A stretch of DNA of 64,000 nt from Nannocystis bainbridge (GTDB lineage: Bacteria > Myxococcota_A > Polyangia > Nannocystales > Nannocystaceae), in the NCBI RefSeq assembly GCF_028368995.1, contig NZ_JAQNDL010000003.1, positions 2,144,001 to 2,208,000 of the forward strand, given 5' to 3'. This document shows positions 47,022 to 57,500 of the stretch, in pieces; position 1 is the stretch's first letter, and each line of letters opens with the position of its first letter. The notes below the pieces were generated by a model that was given only the letters and a program-made list of their open reading frames with translations, did no database searches and was not told where the DNA came from. The translations under genes and the position numbers were made by a program.

Positions 47022-47255
47022 GTGCCCGCCCCCGACGCCGACATCACCAGGCTCGAACAGCGAATCACCGAGCTCGAGGTCAAGCTCGCCTTCCAGGAGC
47101 GCACCATCGACGACCTCGACGCCGTCCTCCGCCGCTTCACCGCCACCGTCGAGGGCATGCAGCGCGAGCTGTCCCGCCTCCGCGGCGACCTCGCGGACGA
47201 CTCCCCCCCGAGCACCGCCGACGTGCTCGCCGCCCTCGACGACGAGACCGAGTGA
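47022..47255 (+). CDS. slyX: SlyX-family protein
   Basis: RITELEVKLAFQERTIDDL coiled coil. Confidence 0.8.
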   Translation: MPAPDADITRLEQRITELEVKLAFQERTIDDLDAVLRRFTATVEGMQRELSRLRGDLADDSPPSTADVLAALDDETE

Positions 47256-47480
47256 TTCTCACCAGCCGCCCGCGAGTGATTCTCACCCGCCGCCCGCGAG
47301 TCCGTCCCGTCACCCCTCCGCGAGTGATTCTCACCGCTCGCGAGCGTTTCTCGCCCGCCGCCCGCGAGTCCGCCTCGTCCCCCCTCCGCGAGTGAGTCTC
47401 ACCGCTCGCGAGCGATTCCCGCCCGCCGCCCACGAGTCCGTCTCGTTCCCCTCCGCGAGTGAGTCTCGCCCGCGAGCTCG
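47250..47480. repeat. Nested repeat: 20-24-bp units forming a ~68-bp higher-order period
   Basis: GAG-initiated units at 47250, 47274, 47298, 47322, 47342, 47366, 47390, 47410, 47434 and 47457; several contain GTGA-N3-TCAC. Confidence 0.85.
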
Positions 47481-47509
47481 AGCCGCCCGACCCGCTACAC
47501 TCGCAAACA

Positions 47510-48250
47510 GTGTACCGCGAGCACCCAGCCCCGCCCGAGCTCGCGGACCTCGTCGACGCCTTCTGGACCCGCACCGTCGACGCCCCCCAGCACGACCGCA
47601 GCTACCGCGTCCTCCCTGACGGCTGCATCGACGTGATCGTGCACCTCGTCGGCGCCCCGCGGATCGAGGTCGTCGGCACCATGACGCGCGCCCTCCTCGT
47701 CCCCGACACCGCCTCCGACATCGTCGCCGTCCGCTTCCGCCCCGGGGCCGCGCGCGCCTTCTTCACCGTGCCTGCCGACGCCCTCACCGACGCCCGCGTC
47801 CCCGTCGATGCGCTCGGCTGGCCTGCCGCCGCGCTCCTCGACGTCCTCGCCACCCTGCCCGACGCCCGCGCCCGCGTCCACCACCTCGCCCGCGTGCTGC
47901 TCGCGCATCGCCGCCACCCCCTCGACCCGCTCGTCGCCCGCGCCACCCGGGCCCTCGCCCAGACGCGACCTCCCAGCATCGCCGAGCTCGCCGACACTCT
48001 CGGCATCACCCGCCAGTCGCTCGCTCGCCGTGTGCGCCAGGCCGTCGGCGTCGGCCCCAAAGAGCTCGCCCGCGTCTTGCGCCTGCAACGAGCCGCCCTG
48101 GCCCTGCGCGCCGCCCCGCGCGACCACGCCGCCCTCGCCTGCGAGCTCGGCTACCACGACCAGGCCCACTTCATCCACGAGATGCGCGCCCTCGGCGGCC
48201 TCACCCCCGGCGCCTACGCCCGCACCCTGGCGCCGACCGACCCCTCGTGA
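47510..48250 (+). CDS. AraC-family transcriptional regulator
   Basis: RVLPDGCID N-terminal domain; VGVGPKELARVLRL, GYHDQAHF..E HTH. Confidence 0.9.
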   Translation: MYREHPAPPELADLVDAFWTRTVDAPQHDRSYRVLPDGCIDVIVHLVGAPRIEVVGTMTRALLVPDTASDIVAVRFRPGAARAFFTVPADALTDARVPVDALGWPAAALLDVLATLPDARARVHHLARVLLAHRRHPLDPLVARATRALAQTRPPSIAELADTLGITRQSLARRVRQAVGVGPKELARVLRLQRAALALRAAPRDHAALACELGYHDQAHFIHEMRALGGLTPGAYARTLAPTDPS

Positions 48251-48443
48251 CCCCGCCATCACCTGTCCCCTCGGACAGCTCACTCGCGTCGCCCCATCAC
48301 CTGTCCCCTCGGACAGCCTACTCGCGCCGCCGTCACCCCGCCACCCCGTTCTCCAGGCCCCCCGGACAGCCCTCTCCCGCGGCCGCACGCCCCGCGCACC
48401 ATTTTTACAATCCCCGCCGCGCCCCCTGTGGCATCCCTCGGCC

Positions 48444-48824
48444 GTGCAGATCCATCGCATCACCCCCGTCCTCGTGGTCGAGTCCGTCGAGCAGTGCCTG
48501 CCCTTCTGGACCGACCGCCTCGGCTTCGAGAAGACCGCCGAGGTCCCCCACGAAGGTCGGCTCGGCTTCGTCATCCTCACCGCCGGCCGCACCGAGGTCA
48601 TGCTGCAGAGCATCGCCTCGGTGCGCGACGACTTCGCCGGCAACGACGAAGGCCCGCACCGCGCCTCCCTCTTCATCGAGGTCGACGACCTCCCCGCCCT
48701 CCAGCGCGCCCTCGGCGACTGGCCCCGCCTCGTCGACCAACGCGACACTTTTTACGGCACCCGCGAGACCATCGTCCGCGACCCCGCCGGCAACGACCTC
48801 GTGTTCGCCCAGAAGCTCGCCTGA
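48444..48824 (+). CDS. VOC/glyoxalase family protein
   Basis: ITPVLVV, FWTDRLGF, FYGTRE..VRDPAGN. Confidence 0.88.
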   Translation: MQIHRITPVLVVESVEQCLPFWTDRLGFEKTAEVPHEGRLGFVILTAGRTEVMLQSIASVRDDFAGNDEGPHRASLFIEVDDLPALQRALGDWPRLVDQRDTFYGTRETIVRDPAGNDLVFAQKLA

Positions 48825-49130
48825 GCCTCGCCGCACCTCGAAGTGCCAGCATTCACCCGCAGACCGCCCCACATTGCGGGCAGGCGGTCTCCGGGCTCTG
48901 CCGCATCTCGGTCCTCCGCAGCGCGACCCCATCACCCGCTCACTCCCGCAACGCAATCGTCTCCGCGAGCAGCACCTGACAGCGGACGCCCACCAGCCTC
49001 ATGTGTGCCTCCGAGGCGTGCCCCCGCGCGCCGCGCGATCCCTGCTCCGCAATCGCCTCTGCAGCGCCACCCTCGCAGCGGACGCCCGCCAGCCCCGCTC
49101 GCCTCCGACGCGTGCCCCGCGATCACCGGC

Positions 49131-49958
49131 TCACGCGCGCAACGCGAACGCGATCCCGTCCGCCAGCGTCGCCAGCGTTGCGATCCCGCTCAGGTCCACG
49201 CCGAGCGTCACAAGCGTCTGCGCCACCTCCGGGCTGATGCCCGTCAGCACCACGCGCGCCCCCACCAGTCGCGTCGCACCGGCCGCCTGGACCAGCGCGC
49301 GCGCCACCTCCGTATCCATCACGCGGATGCCCGTGATGTCGAGGATCGCCGTGTGCGCTCGATGTTCGCCGATCCCGTGCAGCAGATTGTCGACGATCTG
49401 ACTCGCCCGCTCCGCATCGATCGCCCCCACCAGCGGCACCGCCAGCACCCCCGCCGCGATTGGCAGCAGCGGCGTCGAGAGCTCGCGCAGCGCCTCGCGC
49501 TGGGCCGCGATCATGCGCTGCTGCTCCAGCTCTTGCAGCTTGCGGTCGGTGATGTCGGTCATGAACCCCCCGATCCCGATCACCTTCCCTGACTCGTCGT
49601 ACACCGGCAGTTTCACCGCCGAGAAGTGCCTACGCCCCTTCGGCGTCACCACCTCTTCCTCGTAAGCCAGCGGCACCCCGCTCTCCATCACCTTCAGCTC
49701 GTCCGCGCGGACCTGCTCCACGAACTCGGGCGGCATGATCACCTCGTCCCCGCGCCCGTACATGTCCGCCAGCGTCTTCCCGCTGTCGCGCGCGAACGTG
49801 TGATTGATGAATTGGTAGCGGAACTCCGTGTCCTTGAGAAACACGAGGCTGGGCACGCTGTTGACCAGCGCCAGCACCCGCTCGAGCGTCGCCTGCGGAT
49901 CGGGCTCGCGGAGCCCCTCTTCTCCCGCGCGCGTCCCCTCGTCCGATCGGTCAGCCAT
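49131..49958 (-). CDS. PAS-STAS protein (RsbR-like)
   Basis: VFLKDTEFRY.FIN PAS domain; ELSTPLLP, PLVGAIDAERA, DITG...MDT, GISPEVAQTL. Confidence 0.92.
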   Translation of the reverse strand: MADRSDEGTRAGEEGLREPDPQATLERVLALVNSVPSLVFLKDTEFRYQFINHTFARDSGKTLADMYGRGDEVIMPPEFVEQVRADELKVMESGVPLAYEEEVVTPKGRRHFSAVKLPVYDESGKVIGIGGFMTDITDRKLQELEQQRMIAAQREALRELSTPLLPIAAGVLAVPLVGAIDAERASQIVDNLLHGIGEHRAHTAILDITGIRVMDTEVARALVQAAGATRLVGARVVLTGISPEVAQTLVTLGVDLSGIATLATLADGIAFALRA

Positions 49959-50683
49959 GACACCCCTCCCGGGCCCTCAGTCCTACGCCAGCGACCGCGA
50001 CGGAGCAAGCGCGCCAAGAGCGACCTCCCGCTCACGCGCCGACCGCCGACAAGAACACCGCTCCGCTTCAGCAGCCCCCCGAGGCGCAATCACCGTAACC
50101 GCGCGAACCCGCGCCGCTACCATCAATCCACATGTCGCCGATGACATGGCCGCGTTCCCCGCAACCTGCAATCGAGGTCGCCACGATTCACGGCCATTGA
50201 CCTGAGAAGCGACGCACGCGCCCGCTCCGCACCGCACATTGCTGTAGCCGGGCCACCATCACCCGAGTCGCGATGCACGCGTCGCTTCCCCGCTCGAAGC
50301 GGGCAACCGAGCTCATCGATAACCCACTCGCCAGTCGCTTCATGGAAGGCACACCGGAATAGCGACAGCTACCCGGGACACGAGAACCCGGTCGCCAGCG
50401 CCGCAGACAACTCGAGCTCGTAACCCTCGCGAGTCATACTCGCCCTCGACCCCACGGCGCCCATCGGCGATGCCCCCAACCCGCATCGGGGGCACGGCCG
50501 TCGCTCACATGGGCGTTTCGAGCTCGCTGCGCGCCCTGCCGCGCCGACGCGATGATTCGCATTGGTGCGCCCCCCGACCCGTCTGATGCATCTCCGTCCC
50601 TACCCCATGCCGCCGTTCATCTCCCGTCCGACGATGAACGACCCGCCTGCCCCTCTTATTCCCGGCCTTCGACGCCTCGGACG

Positions 50684-51025
50684 TCACGGCACGTCGTGCT
50701 CGTACCCGAAGAAGTAGTGCCGCCCGCTGTTGAACGGCGTCTCGAGCACCATCGCTTCCAGCGGCCCGAACGCGATGCCGTTGGGGTACGTGACATGGCT
50801 GAAAAAGACCCCCGGTTCGAACACACGATTGAACGCGACCCGATCTGGCCCACGGCGGAGCCGCCCCGTGACCACCTGGCTGCCCTCGTTGACGAGCGTC
50901 CACGCCGTCAGCACGAATATCTTGCCCGCGGGAACCTCGTACACGGTCTGAATCGGTGTGGCTCCTGACTCGAAATAGATGTTTCGCAGCTCACCGGCGG
51001 TGACACAGCAATTCTCTGAAGGCAT
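50684..51025 (-). CDS. Small hypothetical protein
   Basis: AAGGAG upstream of the ATG; non-biased composition, YEVPAGKIFVLT beta-rich pattern. Confidence 0.6.
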   Translation of the reverse strand: MPSENCCVTAGELRNIYFESGATPIQTVYEVPAGKIFVLTAWTLVNEGSQVVTGRLRRGPDRVAFNRVFEPGVFFSHVTYPNGIAFGPLEAMVLETPFNSGRHYFFGYEHDVP

Positions 51026-51509
51026 CGCGTCTCCTTTCATCCATCGGCTCGATGCGCGACCATCTGCGCTCGACACGCCGTGACCTTAACATGCCGCCAC
51101 TCCCCACGCAATGCTTGTATCCGTCCACCACCACGCGCCCACCACGTTGTCTGAAGTTTGGCGACATAGCCCACCCAACTACGATTGGGGCCATCCATTT
51201 CTCTCTTCGTGGCCTCTATCGAGACCTGGTCCCATTCGTGCAACTCGCGCACTCCCTCGATCGGAGCCCTGAATGCTTCAGCAGCACCCGAGATTGCCCG
51301 ACGGTCCACGCAACGCCCTCTAGAGTGGTTCTCTTCCGCCGCCGGCCGCTCTCGCACCAGCGACTCATCGCGCATCTCGGGCGAATTCAGACCTTGCCGA
51401 CGGCTCGATCGAGATGCTATAGCCGTGCATCGACGAAAACGGGGTTCCTGCGGGGAGCCCGCGGTTAGGTGTACTGACCCTCTGAATGGGTCTGAAGGAT
51501 GTATTGCGT

Positions 51510-54500
51510 ATGACGAATGCGATCCGTGGGAAGGTCACGAGTTCCGGCAGTGGATATAGCCCCCTCACCAATGTGAGGGTGGAGATGGCGTTGGATGTCG
51601 GCCTGGAATTCGAACCTCGGCCGGCAGTAGGCCGTTCGTCGGGAGATCTCCCGCCCGGGATGGCGATGACCACATCCACCGGATTCTTTGCGATCCCTCT
51701 GGCCGATGAAACAGTCGAGACCCTCCTCGGCGACCGCCGCCACCGGGAAGTGTTATTCCGCGTCTACGACGACCAGGGGATCGTCATCGGCACACAGACG
51801 GTCTACGTCTCCCGTGCGTTGGTTCGCGGCAACCAGTCTGTCCACCTCACCGCCAACCCTACCTACACCCCCGTCACCGGGGCACCGATGTTCTCGGTCA
51901 GCGGCTTCGTGACGCAGGCCGACGGCATCCCGGTGATCGGGGCGAGCATCAAGGTCTACAAGAGGAAGCTGCGCGGCGAGGACGAAGTCGGCACAGGCAC
52001 CAGCGGCTCCGACGGCCGGTTCATGATCCGCTATCCCGGCACTGCGGGCGGTCACTCCGATTTCGGAGACTTCACCATCTATGTCGAAGCCAACGCGATC
52101 GATGCGATCACCTCCGACTTCTGCAACCCGCCCGCCGACCTCACCGTCCGTCTGGTCCCGAACAACGCCCGTTACGTCGGAAAATCAAACTACGACCGCG
52201 ACTACGCCATCCTGAGTGATCTGCTCCACTCCATTACCTTTGACGAGCTCAAACCTGATGACGTCCGATTCATGCAATGCCGGACCGAGCTCGATCGCTC
52301 AGTCGTCACCACGATGGCGCGCGCGCATGCCCTGAGTGAGAAGTACCCCACGCTCTCGCCCCAGGTCTTCGTCGCGTTCGCCCACGCAGGTATCCCTCTC
52401 TCGACCACCTCGGTCACCGGCCTCTCCGCGACCGAGATCACGCAGGCCATCACCCAGGCCGTCGCGGACAACGTGGTGCCGCCGACGCTGACGGCACAAA
52501 TCCCTACGATCATCACAGAGCTCGGCGACGCTCGCGTCGATCGCGTCGTCCCAGAGGATGGCGAGTCATCCACTCCGGTCGGTGCGATCCTCATCGCGGC
52601 CGGGCTGCCTGAAGGTAAGCCCCGTGACTTCGCCCGTGCGTACGGGGCACACACCGGCACCGCAGAGCTGTTCTGGCAAGAACTACGGGTGCGCGACGGC
52701 TTTGACGACGCCCTCGTCGATAAGATCCAGTTTGCGCTACAAGTCGGCTCCATCTCCGGCGGCCATGAGCCATTGATCACGTACCTCGACGGTAAGCGCA
52801 CCGCGGGCGATTTCAGCCGCGCCGCAGACCTCGCGCGACTGAGCGAAGATGAGTGGGTAACCGTGCTGGGGGAGACCGTCGGCAGCGGCCCTGTACACAC
52901 ACCCGACGGCGTTCCAGGCGACACCACCACCGCGCAACGGGAGAACTACGCCGCCGCGATGGCCCGTATGCTCGCGGATCTCTACCCCTCGGCGCATCTC
53001 GCCACCCGTCTTCCGGCAGGGTCGGTGACCTCCGACATCCCCAGGTTCCTGTCGAACAACCCGGACTTCAGCTTCGACCGCACGCACGTCAAATCGTTCT
53101 TGACGGACGCAAACGAGGTGCCGGAGCCGGGCCCTGAATTCAACGCCTTGCGGGAGGATCTGCTCAAGGTCCAGCGCGTCTTTGCAATGTCGCCCCGCTA
53201 CGGCCGCACCGAGACCGCCGTCGCCCTGCTCTCCGAAGGCGTTACATCCGCCGCGCAGATCCGCAGCATGGGCTACGCCGCTTTCAAGGCTCAGTTCAGC
53301 GCCTCCCTGGACGCCAGGACCCTCGACGCGACCTATCAGAAGGCCGAGAAGATCGCCACCACCGCGGTCAACTCATGGCTGTTCACGCGGCCGGAGATGC
53401 ACTTCCCGCCGCTCGCCGCCGTTCCGACGCCCCGCTCCAGCAATCCGGAAATTCAAGCCAAGCTGGACAGCCGCGACTACTGCGCCTGCCCCCCGTGCGA
53501 ATCGGTGCTCGGGCCTGCGGCCTACTTCCTCGACATCATGCAATTCCTCTACCGGCGAACGCCGTCGGGTCCAGGCATCATGTTCTGGCTCGCCTCGCAT
53601 CGCCCGGAACTGCTGTTCGTCGACCTGAGCTGCGAGAACTCCGACACGCCGCTCCCGACGCTGGACCTCATCAACGAGGTGCTGGAGTCGCGAGCCCACG
53701 GCCTCCTCGGTGTCTCCGGCTCGCCGAACAACGACCGCCAGACCGCGTGGAGCGCGGACGACCTGCTCGTCTATCCCGAGAACATCCACCTCGGCGTATA
53801 CGCGAAGCTCGCCGACCCGGCCAAGGCCTGCTTCCCGCTCAACCTCCCGTTCGACCTGCCTCACGCAGAGGCCAAAGCGTACCTGCAGGCGATGGGCACC
53901 TCTCGCCTGGAGATCCAGGACGCGCTCGAGTGGTTTCAGGACCTCGACGCTCATCAAGCGTACCGGGTCGACGAGCGCCTCAACCTGGCTCCGGGCGCCG
54001 GCAACATCGTCCGCTTCGCCACCCTGCACGACGAGGACCTCGAGACCCTCTGGGGCTTCGCCCTCGGCGACGCGACGTGGCTCACCAAAATCAACAAGGT
54101 CGAGACCTTCCTCGAGCGGACCGGCCTCACCTTCGACGAGCTCAAGGAATTGCTGCTGACCCGGGACCTCGCCGGTAACGTCGAGATCTGGTTCGACACA
54201 CCCTGCAGCTTGAAGAACGCGAAATTCGTCGACTCCGCCAACACGGAGAACAATGGCCTGACCTGGATCCGCCTGGAGATGCTGCAGAGCTTCCTCCGGC
54301 TCAAGCGCTCGCTCGGTTGGACCATCCCGGAGCTCGACGCGACGACCCGCGCGCTGTCCCTCCCCTTCATCTCCTCAGGCATGGACGGGCTCTCCAGCTT
54401 CCTGCGCTTGCGACAGCGCTTTCCGCAACTGCCCCTGCACGAGCTCCTCTCGTGGTTCGGCCCTCTCGACCGTATCAGCTACGGCGAAGGTAAGCCCTCG

Positions 54501-57500
54501 TACTACGACCAAGTCGTACGCCCGCGCGTGCTCCATCCGGCCTTCATCACCCTTGACGGAAGCACCACCCTCGGAGCGGTCAAGGACGAATTGCTTGCGG
54601 TGCTCCGCGTCGACGAAGCCTCGCTCGACGTGATCTACACCGCCACGGGTCTCACCGACGCCTCGGATCTCGACCACGCCAACCTCTCCAAGCTCTACCG
54701 TGTCGCTTCGATCGCGGCCGCAGTCGGGCTTTCGGTGCCCGACCTCGTCACCCTCACGAAGTACACGCCGAACCTCAATGCCGTACCGGGCGCCTTCGCG
54801 GGAACGCCGAGCGCGCTCGTCCGCGAGCTCATCGAGGTCGCCCTGGCCGTGAAGGCTTCCGGCTTCGCGGTCCCCGAGCTCGATTGGGTCCTTCGACACA
54901 CCAACGCTCACACCTTCCACAGCGACGACATCAGCGTGATGCGGGTCCTGATCGGGCTCATCGTCGCGCTCCAGCAGGCCGAGAGCGCTCACAAGCAAAG
55001 CCTGCCGCCGGACCACCTGCCTCTGCTCGAGCAGATCGAGGCGATGTTGGTGCGCCCGCTGCCCCCCGAGCAGATCCGCGACGCGATGAGGTTCATCCGC
55101 AAGGAGACGAATCCGCTCCCCACGGATTATCAGGCCGTGCGCCGGGCGCTCCTGTTCTTCCTGCCTGATAGCAGCTCCGCTGCCGAGGAATTCGACACGA
55201 GCTTCGAGGAAGCCGAGAGCGTGGAGGCACGCGCCGAGCTCCTCGTCCCGGAGTTGAAGGCCTGGCTCCGTCGCCAGGTTCTGGAACGCGTCGTCGTCCA
55301 GCAGCTGTCCGTCGCTTGCTCGCTCGACGTGGCCGAGACCGACACCCTGTTGCGCAAGTTCGACGCGGGGAGCGCACTTACCACATTCACTTCGGATGTC
55401 TTCTTCGCCAAGGACTCGTTCGACTCCGACGCGGACGCACCGCTGGTCCAGGAGCGGACGTTCCCGCGGATCTTTCTCAGCCGAAGCGCGGTCTGGCCGG
55501 CGGCCGAGGTGTATCGCGGGCTCCTCAAGGTCGCCCGGATCTCGACTCGCTTCCGGTTGGGTCCCGATCTGCTCCGCTGGTTGCTGCTGCAGACCGACGC
55601 GCAGGTCGACCTCCCGAACCTCGTCAGTCTCAAGTCTGCCCTCGTCGGCTCCGCTCTGTACGACGGCTACGCCGGCTGGAATTGGCTGCGCCGCGCCGTC
55701 CGTCTGCGAGACTCGCTGCTGGCCGACAGCTCCGTCCTCACCGATATCCTGACGAAATGCTTCGCCACGAGCGGATTCGACAAGGCTCTCGCCCTCGAGA
55801 CTCTCGCGCTGTCGGCCGGGTGGGATCTTACCCTCCTCCAGGCCTTCGAAGCCTCCGAAGCCATCACCCAGCTTGAACTCAAGCGCCTCGACCCCATCGA
55901 GGGGTTCGCCGCGGCCTTCCGGCTGTCCGCTCGGCTCGGTGTGCATCCTTCCACCTTGCGTGACTGGGCCAAGCAGCCGATCGACAGCGACAAGGCCGCC
56001 GCGATCCGCAGCGCAGCCCGGGCGAAGTTCGACGGACCCGCGTGGACCGGCGTGGCGCGGCCGATCCGTGACCGCCTGCGCGTGCAGCAGCGCGACGCTC
56101 TCGCCGACTTCATCGTGCACAAGCAGAGCCTCAAGAGCCGTGAGGATCTGTTCGGGCTGCTGCTCATGGACGTCGACATGGCGCCGTGCAACCGCACGAC
56201 CCGCCTGCTGTTCACCACCGCGGCCGTGCAGCTGTTCGTCCAGCGCGCCCTGATGGGCCTCGTCGAGAACGTCATCCTGTCCGACGAGGACGCCGCCGAG
56301 TGGGCGTGGATGAAGCGCTACCGCGTCTGGGAGGCGAACCGGAAGATCTTCCTCTACCCCGAGAACTGGGTCCTGCCCGAACTTCGTGACGACAAGACAC
56401 ACCTGTTCAAGCAGTTCGAGGAAGCCCTGAGCCAGACCGAGATCGACGAGGCAGCCGTCGAGCGGGCCTTCGTCCGCTACCTGGAGGGGCTCCGCGACAT
56501 CTCCCATCTCCAGCCGAGCGGCATGTTTCACGAGGTGGAAGCCGGCGTCCTCGAGCGCATGCACATCTTCGCCCACAGCCACGCCGACCCCTCCAAGCTG
56601 TTCTACCGACGACGCGAGAACAACGCCTACTGGACCGCGTGGGAGGAGCTCCCCTTCCAGGTCGACCACCAGGGCGTCCTCCCCATGGTCCTGAACCGCC
56701 GCCTCATGCTCGTCTGGCCGCACATCGACGTCCGGACGAAGCAGAAGCCGGAGATCGACAACAACGCGACGACCGTGCCTAAAACCACCGAACTCCCCGA
56801 GGTCAGTCTCCACTGGGTCGAGCGCATGAATGACGCATGGAGCGGCGTCTTCGTCTCTGATGACCGCGTGCTGCTCGACGTCTACCGACACGATGTGAAC
56901 GATTTCACGGTTCACAGGTCGGACCTCCGGCTCTTCTCGGAGTTCATCGGTCGCGATGTTCTCATCTGGGCCACGGCGCCGAGTCTCTTGACCGACAAGC
57001 ACTTGACCGCCCGTTTCACTCATATGCCATGCAGACAGACATTCCGCTCGATCGGAAAATGGCCCAGCAAAAAGCCGAAGACCAGGATCTCGGTAGAGAA
57101 TGCTGACAACAGGTGGAGTTTTCAACATGTGTCGGTTCATCCGAAGACCATCAATTCTTCGCACGGACTCAAACTCCAGGGTCCGAACGGAGGGTATCGC
57201 CCGCCAGTCCTGAAGTGCCAGGATAAACTTTCGACCGTGCTGTTCCCGGCGCAACAGGCATTTCAAGACGTCACCCGGCCGTTCATCTTCGCCGACGAGG
57301 ATGTCGCCCTGTATATCGATCATTTCGACCCTGGACACAGCGACGCTTCCCCCGACGCTCATCTCCTGAAGGGAGGCGGCCCTCACGGTCTCATCCCTTA
57401 TTTCGGGGCCGCTGGGGTCACGACCGAGTACCAGCCGCCCCCGGTAGACACGGATGTGATCGACGAACTCTCCGGCGGCGACAACATCATCACGAAAAGT

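Noticed and set aside
50471-50494. Hairpin TGCCCCC-N10-GGGGGCA
   Set aside because: No U-tract and not adjacent to a stop codon, so too weak to call a terminator.
49960-51500. Integrase, IS, tRNA or att site at the toxin island boundary
   Set aside because: No transposase or integrase ORF, tRNA or terminal repeat could be seen.
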